64,000 nucleotides of DNA from the human T2T-CHM13v2.0 reference genome, Homo sapiens. Positions 1 through 15,868 of this stretch are shown one piece after another. Location of the stretch: the NCBI RefSeq assembly GCF_009914755.1, contig NC_060932.1; one strand, given 5' to 3'. Position numbers and translations under genes: made by a program. The first letter of the stretch is position 1, and each line of letters begins with the position of its first letter. The notes below the pieces were generated by a model that did not search any database, was not told the origin of the DNA, and saw only the letters and a list, made by a program, of their open reading frames with translations.

Positions 1-384
1 AAGTGAAATTACTCCCAACTAATTACTGTCTCCCTCTGGTTTGTAAGAGGATTGTGCATCTCCACCTATCTATTGTCATATAACTAGCAGTGCTCCCTCA
101 CTGTGGAAGCAGAACATCCATTCCCTATCGTTGTTAGGCTTGGCCAACTCAGGTACTTTGGCCAATAGGCACCAAGAGTTTTTCCCAACCATCTCATTCT
201 ATTCCCACTTCCATGAGAATGGTATGTCTGCCATGAGAAGGCCATGGGAATGGCTGCTCCTTCAGCATGTAGTGCAATAATAAGATGAGGTATGGAAAAG
301 GTGAACAGCAGCCAGCTTATGGTAACCACTGTGCAACATGAGTGAGATTTGGAAGGTTTCTTGTTACCACAGCTTGTTGCAAAG

Positions 385-660
385 CAGACAAAATACAAAA
401 CCAATACCAGAAATGGGTGTGGCCATGTGATATGCTTTGACCAATGAAATATGACCTGAAGTGATGTCTGTTGTGACAGGCAAATCACTCAGGGAATTTC
501 CAGCAGCCTTTTGCTATATTCCCTTTGTAATAAAAATGACTTGTCTGGATCCCAGAGAAGAAATTAGAACAAAGTCCTAAGACCTGACCTGCAGCTGCTG
601 GCAGGAAAAGTGAATGAGAAATAAAATGTCTCATTCACTTTGGCACTCATAAAATGTCAT
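385..660 (+). mobile_element. MLT1-type MaLR LTR fragment (old)
   Basis: Contains ggtgtggccatgtgatatgctttgaccaatgaaatatg...gaagtgatgt, typical of MLT1 LTRs; highly diverged. Confidence 0.45.
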
Positions 661-695
661 AAACAATGGCATTATTTTTACTTGAATTACCATAA

Positions 696-718
696 TGTGT
701 GTGTATGTGTGTGTGTGT
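696..718. repeat. (TG)n microsatellite
   Basis: tgtgtgtgtatgtgtgtgtgtgt. Confidence 0.9.
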
Positions 719-886
719 CTTAATCTTCTTTCTCCTGTTAGTTTGCCATTCTTAGACTCCAAGCCTTATGTCTTAGTCCCAGGGGAGTGAGAAGAGGGTC
801 ACAGAATCCTGACCTGACCTCTGCTGTACCACTTGGCAGAGATCTGTTGATTTGTCTGTAAAATGAATGTAATAATAAAGTAACAT

Positions 887-1185
887 AGCATTTCTCAAAG
901 AATGTTTTGAATAACCTAACTTCTGCAGGAAGTTAATAGGTGTTGCATGAAGAAAAAAGATAATGTATGATCAACTAAGTCTGAGAGATACTAGGCTAAA
1001 CAAATTCAAGCAGATTTATTACCTTAAGTTTCCTCAGAGCTTTTAATGTGTTAATGTATATTGCAAATCTTGATGGAAGTTTGGTTTTCAGGTCTCCTAA
1101 ACTGTCTTTTGTCTCAGGACCATTTTTATTTTCAGAGCATCTCTTAGAACCAGGGTTTCACATATAATAATTTAGAACACAAGTG
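887..1185. mobile_element. MER103-like hAT-Charlie DNA transposon
   Basis: Starts agcatttctcaaag; internal ggctaaacaaatt...cctcagagcttttaatgtgttaatgtatattgcaaatct matches recalled MER103 consensus. Confidence 0.55.
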
Positions 1186-1662
1186 TTCTACGAGTGGAAG
1201 TACATATTTGCCTAGAAGTGACCATGCAGCAATGCTTGTGAGCTGCTATTATTGGGAAGAAACCCACACCTGGACTCCAGCAGAGTCATGGGCCTGCCCA
1301 TAAGGACAGTGGTTTCCAGCTCCTGCTCCAAGTAGCAGGTAACCCTTCCCACCAAAGTGGCTTTGCAAGGTCCCTACAGTTCACAGAGAAAGATGATCAC
1401 CTGGAGATCATTCAGTATGCCAAACACCAGGTAATTCAGATTGCAGCCAGAAATGGTAGAACAGCCAGCATTCTGCAGAGCCTTAAACAGAAATTTATTA
1501 TAAAAACCTAGTACTTAAAACTTTACTTCAAGTAAGTGTATAATCAAAGACCAAGAATTCTCTGCAATGAATAGGGCCCTGAGCAAAAATGGCATTCTCA
1601 CCAGATAAAGCCTGCAATAAGAAATAAGGGACATAAAGGTGAGTGTGGAAACTGGAAGAAGG

Positions 1663-1960
1663 GGCTGAACATGGTGGTTCATGCCTGTAATCCCAGCACT
1701 TTGGGAGGCCAAAATGAGATGATTGCTTGAGCCCAGGAGTCTGAGACCAGCCTGGGCAACATAGTGGGACCCCATCTCTACTCAAAAAAAAATTTTTTAA
1801 TCAGCTAGGCATGGTGCACAACTGTAGTACCAGCTACTGGAGAGGCTGAGGTGCGAGGCTCACTTGAACCTAGGAGTTGGAGCTTGCAGTGAGCTATGAT
1901 CATGCCACTGCATCCAGCCTGGGTGACAGAGTGAGACCTTGTCTGAAAAAAAAAAGAAAA
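1663..1960 (+). mobile_element. AluJ
   Basis: Dimeric Alu with ttgcttgagcccaggagt and gagctatgatcatgccactgca (J diagnostics) and A-rich tail. Confidence 0.93.
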
Positions 1961-2974
1961 GAACTGAAACAAGAAAAAGGAACAGTGTAGAAAGTGCAAG
2001 AAGCAAGGAGAAGGAGAAAGAGGAGACCCAAGGCAAATCCTGAGACCAGCTCAACACATCTAGAGAGCTGTAAGAAAGAAGGACCAGCAATCAGTATAAG
2101 GTCACATTCAATACCCTTTGTAGTGAATTAATGTGTAGACTTTTCCAATAATGTAGATTTAATTCTGGGCAGAGAAGAGAAGAAAGGTGTCCAGTTTTCC
2201 CTCTTGCATCTCTGGAGAATGAGTGTGAGTAGAGACATTCCAGCCTGGGCCAAAGTGCATGGAGTGTACCTGGAGAGGCCTGTGGCAAGGTGAGAATGAC
2301 AAATCAATATCATTGTCATAGTAGAAGCCAAGGTCCAAATGCAAGGCATGGATGGACATGAGAGAGAATATATTCCGGTCATTAGCAAAAAAGAATGGAA
2401 TCAAGACAAAATCAGAAATGCAGAGAAGCTCAAGGGGGCAAAGTTCAGTAGTACAAAGACTGTCAGGGTAGTCCTGTTGGAGCTTTAGGTTTCATGCTCT
2501 TTGGAAGAGCAGGCAGGCAGGTTATGGAGGTACCATGTTTGGACAGCTCGCCCTGGGGAAATAGTTTTCTCCTCCACTTGTAGTTTCACTACAAAGCCCA
2601 GATGATACACAATTGCTGGCTGTACTCCTTTTTGGTCCTGTCCAAAGAGGACGCAGAAATCTGGCAGAACACTCAGCCCCCTGCTGCGTATGGAAGGCAG
2701 AACAGCTCTTTCTGCCTCCTGCAGGTCTCTGCAAGCCTGGCCTGCCAGGACTTTCATGCTGACCTACTTTTTAGTGCAAGGACTTGGACGTCTTCCCACC
2801 TGTCCTAACCATGGATGAAAGCCTAAAATCCAGTTATGGCACAACTTTCTTTTCCTCCTAGTTCCCTAATTTTTGTTCCTTCTCCATGCTGCTCCCTACT
2901 TCTCTGTATAGGTGGATGCCTTGTTAAGCCTGAGTGAAGAGACACAGTCCTTGTTAGCACAAACATACAAACAA

Positions 2975-5778
2975 TGTGAGGAATAAAAAGCGCTTCCTTC
3001 TAGTCTTTTGGGTTCTCTGGCTCAACTAAAAATTAAATCAACATAGATGGATTAACTAGGGAAAATATTAATGACGTACATACAGGCTAGAGTCCAACAA
3101 AAATATGAGACTTCAGGAAGGAGCCAGATGATTGAGACTTACATATTATCCTGAGCTACAGAAAGGAATATGGGTTTGGGGCTTGTTTGGGGGGATGGGT
3201 GTAGAGACAAAGTATGGGAAGGAGAGGGAGAGAGCCTTGTCCTTTTATGCCAGGAGTCTCCCAGGTAATGAAAGTTGTCTTGGAATAGCTCTCTTCCTGG
3301 TACAATATCTTTACTCTGAAAATTTCTTTATAAATGTAAATTTCCTTTAAAAAGGGGAAATTTATATTAAATACTTTAGGCAGTTGACAGGGGGTGATAT
3401 GGTTTGGCTGTGTCCCCATCCATATCTCATCTTGAATTGTAGTTCCCATAATCCCCATGTGTCATGGGAGGGACCTGGTGGGAGGTAATTGAATCATAAA
3501 GGCAGTTACCAACATGCTGGTCTCATGATAGTGAGTGAGTTTTCATGAGATCTGATGGTTTTTAAACGGGCTTTTCCCCCTTGGGTTGGCACTTCTCCTT
3601 CCTGCCATCATGTGAGGAAAGTCATGTTTACTTCCCCTTCTGGCACGATTGTAAGTTTTCTGAGTCCTCCACAGCCATGCAGAAACTGTGAGTCATTTAA
3701 ACCTCTTTTTTTACAAGTTACCCAGTCTCAGGCAGTTCTTCATAGCAGCATAAGAATACAGGAAATTGGTACCAAGTAGGTTGCTGCTATAAAGACACCT
3801 GAAAATGTGGAAGCCACTTTGGAACTGGGTAACAGGCAGAGGTTGGAACAGTTTGGAGGGCTCAGAAGAAGACAGGAAAATGTGGGAAAGTTTCGAACTT
3901 CCTAGAGACTCAGAGGGCTCAGAAGACAGAAAGATGTAAGAAAGTTTGGAACTTTCTAGAGACTTCTTGAATGTTTTTGACCAAAATGTTGATAGTGATA
4001 TGGACAATGAAGTCCAGGCTGAGGTGGTCTCAGATGGAGATAAGGAACTTGTTGGGAACTGGAGCAAAGGTGACTCTTGTTATGCTTTACCGAAGAGACT
4101 GGTGGCATTTTGACCCTCCCCTAGAGATCTGTGGAACTTTGAACTTGAGAGAGATGATTTAGGGTATCTGGTGGAAGAAATTTCTAAACAGCAAAGCCTT
4201 CAAGAGGAAGCAGAACATAAAAGTTTGAAAAATTTGCAGGCTGACTATGAGGTAGAAAAGAAAGCCCCATTTTCTGGGGAGAAATTCAAGTCAGCTACAG
4301 AAATTTGCATAAGTAACAAGGAAACAAATGGTAATCACCGAGACAACAGGGAAAATGTCTCCACCTAGGACAAAAAAGTGGGCTGGGCCCAGGGCCCCCC
4401 TGCTGTGTGCAGCGTAGGAACTTAGTGCCCTGCACCCCAGCTGCCCTAGCCATGGCTGAAAGCGGCCAAGGTACAGCTCAGGCCGTGGCTTCAGAGGGTG
4501 CAAGCCTCAAGCCCTCGCGGCTTCCACATGATGTTGGGCAAGCGGGTGCAGAGAAGACAAGAATTGAGTTTTGGGAACCTCTGCCTAGATTTCAGAGGAT
4601 GTATGGAAACACCTGGATGTCCAGGCAGATGCCTGCTGCAGGGTTGGAGCGCTCATGGAGAACTTCTGCTAGGGCAGTGTGAAAGGGAAATGTGGGGTCA
4701 GAGCCCCACACAGAGTCCCCACTGAGGCTCCGCCTAGTGGAGCTGTGAAAAGAGGGCCACCATCCTCCAGACCCCAGAATGGTAGATCCACTGACAGCTT
4801 GCACCATGCACCTGGAAAAGCCACAGACTCTCAATGCCAGCTGTGAAAACAGTCTACAGGGGAGCTATACCCTGAAAAGTCATAAGGAGTAGCTGCTCAA
4901 GGTTGTGGGAGCCTATCTCTTGCATCAGTGTGACATGGATGTGAGACATGGAATCAAAGTAGATCATTTGAAACTTTAAGGTTTAATGACTGCCCTATTG
5001 GATTTCAGATGTGCATGGGGCCTGTAGTCACTTTGTTTTGGCCAATTTCTCCCATTTGGAATGGGTGTATTTACCCAATGCCTGTACATACATTGTATCT
5101 AAGAAGTAATTAAGTTGCTTTTGATTTTACAGGCTCATAGTTTGAAGGGACTTGCCTTGTCTCAAGTGAGACTTTGGATTTGAACTTTTGGGTTAATGTT
5201 GGAATGACTTCAGACTTTGGGGGACTGTTGGGAAGGCATGATTGTGTTTTGAAATGTGAGGACATGGGATTTGAGAGGGGTAAGGATCAGAATGATATGG
5301 TTTGGCTTTGTGTCCCCATCCAAATCTCATCTTGAATTGTAGTTCCCATAATCCCAATGTGTTGTGGGAGGGACTCAGTGGGAGGTAATTGAATCACGGA
5401 GGTGGCTATCCCCATGCTGCTGTTCTCATGATAGTGAGTGAGTTCTCACAAGATCTGATAGTTTTATAAGAGGCTATTTTCCCTTTGCTTGGCACTTCTC
5501 CTTCCTGCCATCATGTGAAGAAGGATCTGTTTTCTCCCTTCCGGCATGATTGTAAGTTTCCTAAGGCCACCCCAGCCATGCAGAACTGTGAGTCAATTCA
5601 ACCTCTTTCCTTTATAAATTACCCACTCTTGTGCAGTTCTTTATGGCAGCATGAGAATGGACTAATACAAGAGGTAACAACCTTTTCCTGCATTGGCTGA
5701 TTTTTAATTTCAGTCTGTTCAAAACAATCAATATGCCAAAGTTGTATACTTTGGAGTGACATGTCCTGAACTCCCACA
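2975..5778 (-). mobile_element. MER34/MER39-group ERV1 solo LTR, split by THE1D (pieces ~2975-3394 and ~5675-5778)
   Basis: Right piece ends aatatgccaaag...tttggagtgacatgtcctgaactcccaca, the reverse complement of the MER34/39 5' end; left piece continues the same LTR. Confidence 0.6.
3395..5669 (+). mobile_element. Full-length THE1D MaLR element (LTR 3395-3760, internal 3761-5292, LTR 5293-5669)
   Basis: Two direct LTRs, tgatatggtttggct...aataca, flank a THE1-int sequence (aatgtggaagccactttggaactgggtaacaggcagagg...); imperfect 5-bp TSD ggggg/agagg. Confidence 0.92.
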
Positions 5779-6309
5779 GAGATTATGTCATAAGAAAGGG
5801 GCAGAAGAAGCATCACCAACTCTAAGGAACCAAAGTCTCTCCAGCCACCAAAATGAATGCAGCTGCCACTTAGGGGAAGTGGACAAGGACAGAACCACCC
5901 AGAGATGATGGTGAGAAAAGGCAGAAGGCCTGGGAGCTGGAAAATGACTCCATGGAGTAAAAGATCACAGCATCCTTTGGGACAAGACCGATGTCCATGA
6001 CAAGGTAATAGCAAAATTATTTTCTTTCTGATGAGGCTCTGTTCTTATACTCCCTCCCAGAGGCTGCAGGCCTGATGGTTGTAAGCCTTACTGGGCAGAG
6101 AGACACCCAGCCCTGCCTAGAGGTGGTACTGAAGAAAGGGCTGGGGCTGCATGAAATTTTAAATTTTAAAAACCAACTGAGAGCCAGTTTGCTCTTCATT
6201 ATCACTGTGCCCCAATACTTCTAAACAATATCAGTGACAAAATAGTCTTCTATGTAACATCTTTTTAGGTCTAAATTCTAGATCATTGCTATGCTTTCTG
6301 TTGAGTTTT

Positions 6310-7220
6310 GTTTTAACTGGAGTAAAATACACATAACATAAAATTTACCATCTTAACCATTTTTAAGTATACATTTCAGTGCCATGAAGTGCATCCACAT
6401 TTTTATGCAACCATCACCATCATCCTTCTCCAGAACTTTTTTCATTCATTTTACAAAACTGAAACTCTGTATCCATGAAGCATAACTCCTCATTCTTCCC
6501 TGCCTCACGCCCTGGCAACCGTCATTCTACTTTCTGTCTCTTTGATTCTGACTGCTGTGGGCACCTCGTGTAAATGAAAATAGACAATAATTATATTTTT
6601 GTTGCTGGACTATTTCATTAACCACAGTGTCCTCAAAGTTCACCCAGGGTACAGTATGCGTCAGAATTTCCTTCCTTTTGAAGGCTGAATAATGTTTCAT
6701 TGATGTGTATACTACATTCTGTTTATTCATTCATTTGTGGATGAACACTTGGGTTGCTTCTTCCTTTAGGCTATTATGAATAATGCTGTTATGAACATAG
6801 ATAGGTATGTAATTATCTCTCCAAGATATGGCTTTCAATTCTTTTTGGTACATACCCAAAAGTGGAATTGCTGGCCATATGATAATCCTTTTTTTTTTTT
6901 TTTTTTTGTCATTTGAGGAACCGTCATGCTGGCTTTTTCCATAGGGTCTGCAAAATTTTAGATTCCCACCAATGGTACACAAGGGTTCCTTCCAATTGCT
7001 CCACATCCTGCCGACACTTGTTATTTTCTGGTTTTTGATGGTAGCCATCCTAATAGATGTGACATGGTATCTACTTGTGATTTTCTTTCATTTTCCTAAT
7101 GATTACTGATGTTGGGCATCTTTTCGTGTGCTTATTGACCATTTCTACGTCTTCTTTGCAGAAATATCTATGCAAGTCTTTTACTCATTTTTAAATTGGG
7201 TTGCTTTAGGTTTTTTGTTG
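6310..7220 (-). mobile_element. L1MB-type LINE 3' end
   Basis: taaaatacacataacataaaatttaccatcttaaccatttttaag is an antisense L1MB 3' UTR; ORFs 6731..7048 and 6527..6730 resemble the L1 ORF2 C-terminus. Confidence 0.85.
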
Positions 7221-8699
7221 ATTTGTTGCATTTTAATACTCTCTTTGTATGCTTCAAGCTAGAACTTTTCTATTACCTATCTTTTAATAAACATTATATT
7301 CAGCAAGGAAGATAATTTACAGAATGCCCATTGTGCAGTCAATCCCCCAGACAGGCAGACTCAACCACACAAGTTCTTTTACAGAGTATGTTTATAACAG
7401 GAAGGTTTCATATAACTTCAGGTGCAGTTTATTTCTCTAACCCATACAGAACCACATCTTCCTGCATTAAAATATATTCTAAATGAAAAATGATAGAACA
7501 GTAATTATGACAACAAAGAAATAGAATTTGAGCTATTTCAATTCTGCCATTCCATATGACCCTTAGAATTTTTATGTACATCTAAAATTTAAAACAGTGT
7601 GCTAGACACAAACTTGTTGTTTTAGAAAATTAATAAATTTTACAAATTTTAGTTTATGCATAAAACATTTTACTGAATCTAAGCAATATCTTTAAATTTG
7701 AAATGTGCTTGTTTTTAATTATTAGTCATCCAAGAAAATAAAATGTGACATTTTTAATGGTAGTCAAAATTGGATCATTTGCAACATTTTGGTGTTATTA
7801 TATTTTTCTAAATAGAATTATTTTTCCTGGCATCTTTAGAAGCTTCAATAAAACACAGTGTTTATTGTCTGTATTTCTTTTCTGGCCTCTGTTATTATTA
7901 TTTATGCCATTTTAAAATTATTACTGAAAATAATCTTATTGTATAGGGAAGAAAGGTGCTATCAGTGGTCCACACTGGGGTCACACACAGTAAGTGAGTC
8001 ACCAATTTTCACACACTTCCCATGTCCTCACAAGCTTTCCTTTCCTGCATCAGGGGTGGCAGCAGGGGACTGTGATGTAGTCCGTGCAGAGCTGTCCTTG
8101 TCACAGGACAGAAGAGTACAGTGTTGTCCCAAATGCTCAAAAAGTCCCCACTAAATGACTGTGACATGATTAAAATCATCATTTTAGCAGAATGATTTTT
8201 AAAATAGCTTAAATATAGCAAGGGGATGAAGCAGAAGACAAAGAACCAGGAAGCAGCTGAACACAGAAATGCCCTCTGTGTCATAACAGTGACAGCCTTA
8301 AACAGCTCCCACTGCATTTCCCTCATGAGTGAAGGTTTTTCACTTGAACCGTGGGTAACACTGTACAACTTGTGTTCAACTCGGAGCTACTAGTCTGGAA
8401 AGATCAGCAGAACCTGAATTGAACATTGTTTCTCAGACCATCCAGACGTGAAGAGGAGGATGCCAGGACAGCCGCCCCACTATTTGGGAAATGGAACAAA
8501 TCTGGCCAGAACCTTGCTGGTGGAGGCCGAGTGGCAGCTGCCGAATGCTAAGCTGAGAAATGGCTAAGGCTGCCAGAGTCAACTTTCCTGATCCTTTCGG
8601 CTGGCTTTGAGGAGTAAAAAAATCTGTGGTTTCCATAAATCCAGAGCTGCCTTGGGCCCATGTCCAAACTGGCCACTGTCCTTCTGTTCCACAGAAACT

Positions 8700-8993
8700 T
8701 TTTTTTTTTTTTGAGACTCCGTCTCTCTCTGTCACCTAGGCTGGAGTGCAGTGGCGTGATCTTGGCTCACTGTACCCTCCGCCTCCTGGGTTCAAGCAAG
8801 TCTCTGCCTCAGCCTCCCGAGCAGCTGAGATTATAGGCACCCACCACCACGCCTGGCTAATTTTTTTGTATTTTTAGTAGAGACAGGGTTTCACCAACTT
8901 GGCCAGGTTGGTCTTCAACTCCTGACCTCGTGATCCACCCGCCTCGGCCTCCCAAAGTGCTGAGATTACAGGTGTGAGCCACCACGCCTGGCC
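8700..8993 (-). mobile_element. AluS (Sg-like)
   Basis: Antisense dimeric Alu; TSD tccacagaaact at 8688-8699 and 8994-9005. Confidence 0.95.
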
Positions 8994-9957
8994 TCCACAG
9001 AAACTCTTACTGCCAAAGGTCTTGATCTCCTTTTCCTTTTTAAATAAAATGTGCTTTCTGCATTTAGCTTCTTTCCGAACTCCTCTACAGTGAAGCAGAT
9101 GAAATGCGTTTGTTACTTAGGGGGAAAAGAAAATATATTCTTTGACATATAAGATTCTCTGCAACCCAATCCATTTTTGAATTCTATAGTGAAGTACAAC
9201 ATACAACAGAAACATGCACAACTTCTAAGTGAACAGCCTGATAATTTGTCACTAAGTGAACTTCCCATTGTAACTAACACCAGGTCAGGAAAGAAACCAT
9301 TACCAGCCTCCTGGTAGACCTTGAGTCTCCTTCTAGTCCTTATTCTCTAGCAAAGTTAACCATTGTCCTCACTTCTATCATCATAGGTTAATTTTGCCTG
9401 CATTGAACTCTGTGGAATTTCACCATGTGTGCTCTTATATGACTGTCTCTTTAAGCACAACATTATGTACATGAGAATCATTTTGTTGTGTGTGTTCATT
9501 TATTCTCATTTCTATTTAGTATTCCATTGTAAGAGTATAACACAATTCATTTATCCAACCTGCTATTCATGGGCATTTGAGATGCTTTCAGTCTGAGGTT
9601 ATTATAAATAGTGCTAACTGTGGATATTCATATACATGTTTTTGGTGTCATGAATTTACTTACTTCTCTGAAGAGTAGGATCTCTCTCAGAGTGCAATTG
9701 CTAGGTCATAAGATACGACAAATTCACTGATACTACCAAAGAATTTTTCAAGGTATTTGTACGGATTTAAGTTCTCATCAGCCATGCAGCCATGTGGTCA
9801 GTGCCTAGTAGTATCACATTACAGTTTGCATTTCCCTGATAACTAACACAGTTTATCGCCTTTCCCTATGCTTACTAGAATTTCAGAAGTCCTATTTTAT
9901 TAAATACCTGTTTATGTCTTTTGCCTACTTTCCTGTTGGGTTCTCTGCCTTTTTCTT

Positions 9958-12065
<2,108 letters not shown>

Positions 12066-13104
12066 TTCTCTGCCTTTTTCTTACTGATCTTTATAGTAAC
12101 AGAGAAAGAACATAAATGAATGCCTTGTTTGCAAATTTTTACAGATATCTTCTCACACTCCATGGCTTGTCTTTTTACACTCTTAGCAATGTGTTTTAAT
12201 AAACACAAGTTCATAATTTCAATGAAGACCAACTTGGCATCTATGGTTAGCTCTTTTTGTGTCTGGTTTAAATCTTTGCCTTATCCAAGAATCCAACTTA
12301 TTTTCAAAGCCCTATTTAAAATCAGACAGTCTGGCTAAGTATCCATCTCATTTGAAAGCTGCTGTTCCCTATGGTAACCCCTCTGAACTCTGTTTTTCCT
12401 CTCTTCTTCTTCCCCACAATATGTAAATGCCATGAACAATGATGTTTAATTCCATGAGTTTGATTATATTGCTCTGTTAAAGTACATGAAAATCTCCCAG
12501 CACCGTACCGAAACTTGTCTCTTGAGTCTTTTACATATCTGTAAAATTGTACATATTGGTTTACAAACCAATCTTTTCACTGCCACTAGACAAAGAAAGA
12601 ACTGTCACTCTGGACCTGCCACTCTGGTGAGGCTATCTACAGCTGCCTTTCTTCTAGGAAAGAAGAAATTGTTCCTACACTGACAGAAATTGCCAACAGG
12701 AAAATCCTTCATCTGGCTTTTTAAAACATTCTTTCTCAGTAATGAGTTTTGAGATTTTCATACACAATCTGCTATACCAAAAGCCAATCAAAATTTTGGT
12801 TGCATTTGTGGCACCGAGAAGACTGTGGAATTTGAAATCAGAAAAATTTGAACCAACTTGCAGCTCCATTGTTTGCTTTTTCTTGGCCACTGGGGGAAGT
12901 AGAGTACTTAAACTTTCTGAACTTCCGTTTCCATATCTGTAAAAAAGGAATGGTAATGACTATTTGATAGAGTCTGGAGGGGCCTTAGATGAGATAGATA
13001 AATTATCTGAAAATATTTGCATACTCTAAAACATGCATACATTAAAAGTCACCCATATTATTACTGCAATAATTAGGAATTTTAAATACAAATTCATTAG
13101 ATTG

Positions 13105-13320
13105 ATAATAGCAACTAACATTTATTGAACTTACTGTATGTCCTCTGCAGCACTCTTATAAGCATTTTACATATCTTAACTCATTTAATTTCTTCAACAA
13201 CCTATAGGTAGGTTTTATTAAAATGCTCATTTCCAGATGAGGAAACAGAGGCACAGAAAGATTGAGTGGCTCAGGGAAGGTCATACAGCTGCTGAAGTCA
13301 ACAGAATGTTAGTCCAGGGG
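13105..13320 (-). mobile_element. MIR
   Basis: catttccagatgaggaaacagaggcacagaaag...aaggtcatacagct MIR core. Confidence 0.8.
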
Positions 13321-13529
13321 GAAGGCTGCATGCAGAGTTTACCTGCCTAAGAAAATTACACAGTCCCCATGGTCTTGGGCTTGATTTATAGAGAATCCTC
13401 AATGCCATATGGTGAGAACGGTAGGAGGGATTTGGAACTTCTGGCCAGACATCATTGTTAGACTGCTTCAGTGAAGGATGGGTTTCTATCACAACTTCAC
13501 AGAACCTTTGTTTTAGAAGAAGGAAGGGA

Positions 13530-13700
13530 ATTAATATATGTTGAATGGCTACATAAATCTGTTATTAGGTACTGTACAACCTCATGACACAGATATTGTT
13601 ATTACCCAATTTTATCAATAAGAAATGAAGATTTATGAAGATCAAATGGCTGGCTTAACATTCACAGAGTTAGGAATAGCATCAAAACTCAGACTCAGGT
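13530..13700 (-). mobile_element. MIR (degraded)
   Basis: attattacccaattttatcaataagaaatgaag...ttcacagagtt resembles the MIR core. Confidence 0.5.
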
Positions 13701-15868
13701 ATAAGCAGCTCTTTTTCCTAGTGGTCCAGTGTGGACCACGGTTAGCACCTCTCTTCCTTATACAATAAAATTATTTTCAGTACTAATCTTAAAATGGCAT
13801 AAAAAATAACAATAATAGTGGCCAGAAAAGAAATACAGAAAATAAACATTTTATTTTTTTGAAGCTTCTAATAATGCCAGGAAAAACAATTTTATTTAGA
13901 AAAATAAAATAAAACCAAGCTTTTCACAATTCATCATTTAACCAAAAAGCATGTATCACTTTTATCATCTGAAAAAAGGGAGTTAAAATAAGAAAATATA
14001 GATATTCTCTAAATTTGAATTGAAAAAGTAGACTATAGCACACATGAAATAAGATAATTTCTCATCATCCTTTCTACAAAGTCACTTGGTTTAGGTTCCA
14101 ATCACACCAGTAGGCAACCTAACTCTTCAGTCTCTTAGCTGTGTATGCAAGTTTGAAAGATCTCTCTCAGTAGAAAGCTGATTGGCTATTTTAAAGATAT
14201 TATGGTCTGCATGAGAGTAACTGGAAAGATAGGAAGCTGAAAAATGATGAAGCCATTTTGGGGAACAATGAGTCCATTAGGAAAAATTCTAATACTTCTG
14301 GTAGCAAAACTATTTTAAGTCATACTTCCTGAACAAGAAAATAAATGATTCTTTTTGAGTTATGGGGTAATAGCCTTGTGCAATAATTTATGAGGCTTAT
14401 GTTGTAGGTGTTTACTATAAAATATTCAGTTTCTACATGTAAATTAAGGAAGGCTGCAGTAACAGTTTGCATAAAAGGGAAATACAGCCTTTTTGCTGCC
14501 TGTTTTTCTCACCGAAGAAAAGACATACCTCTGTGAGTACCCATGGTAGTGACAGAATGTGTCAAGAACACACATCAATCTGACCGAATATTTCACCTCC
14601 ATGCTGTGCAATGCTGTGCAGTGCCATGGTCACATTTAATGCACCAGGGAGAGAACAAAGGAAGCCTATCATCTTTAATTATTAAGCACTGAAGAATAAA
14701 GGCAGAATGAGAACGTGTGGAATGTTCCCTTAACACCCTTCCAGGTTCCCAAAACAAGCTGGAGTTGATTCGCATGAACCCTACTCTTTCACAAACACAA
14801 CCTTCTGCAGAAGCATTTCAGAAATTGCTCTGAAATTGTTTCCTACATTTTTTTGAGAGAGAAGCATTGTCTGAAACTATCTCAAGCATTTTATTCTATA
14901 GTACAGGAACTATTTTTATCATAAAGAGAACAATCCCTTTCTTAGAAGGGTACTGATTTAAGGATTAAGATGGGTTAGATTTGGTCGTTTGTTTGTTTTT
15001 TTTTTTCCAGAGGAGAGTCTACATGCTATTAAGAGCATGTAATCCTACTGTCTGCTGGCTCCATAACTCCCACATACTCAGTAACAAGTTCTTATAACCA
15101 CCTTCCCTGCCACTGAAACAGCCTCCATTTCTTTCTTTGAGAGCTTGCTTAAATAGTTTCTACAAATGGGATCCATGGGCCCCATGGCAACAGGCAACAG
15201 GCAAGACAGACAATGGCAACTTCCTGTTGTCTCCCCATCTTCTCACCTTAATGTCCCCATCTCTGATGCATAAAGCCACTTGGAAAAACCTTGTTTTCAA
15301 CACTGTACATCATGAAAATGCCACTGCCCATGCCAGAAGGGCAGTCGCTGCATATTCCTAAACCATCCATGCCTTAACACGGCAGAGTCCACAGAGCCCT
15401 GTACAAAGCTGCCGAACATCATGCTTTCCCAATCCTACAACACTGCTATTGGGTTTCACCAAGTCTCTCCCAAGTAATTTTGTTAACTCGTATCCCATAT
15501 ACCTTGCCCAGAATAATAATGCCATGTTTCTTATGAAAATCAGTTTCAAAGACCCATAATCATGCTATCTCAAATCCAATCTGTGGAATTTGAAGGGAAA
15601 CAGTTGCCATAATATCTCCTCCGTATTCTACCACTGTCACCTAAAACCCCTCCCACCTTCACCAATTACAGAAATTCTCCTGTGTGTCCAGATTCATGTA
15701 GGTACTGGGAAGGGAGAAGAGAAGATGAGGTATGGGAGGAGAATGGGGATGATATTTATATGGATAGGAACCTGGCCTCAGCTCAGCCAAACTAAAAGCC
15801 TCAGATGTAAGGTTGAGGAATGCTGGACTTTATCTACATTCAAAGACGAAAGATTCCTTTGTTAGGAT

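Noticed and set aside
1380-1430. Possible 51-nt plus-strand exon (FTEKDDHLEIIQYAKHQ, donor CAG|gtaatt)
   Set aside because: Weak polypyrimidine tract, no partner exon and no recognised homology
3855-3965. About 55-bp tandem duplication in the THE1D internal region
   Set aside because: I recall this as a feature of THE1C/D internal consensus, so it is not locus-specific
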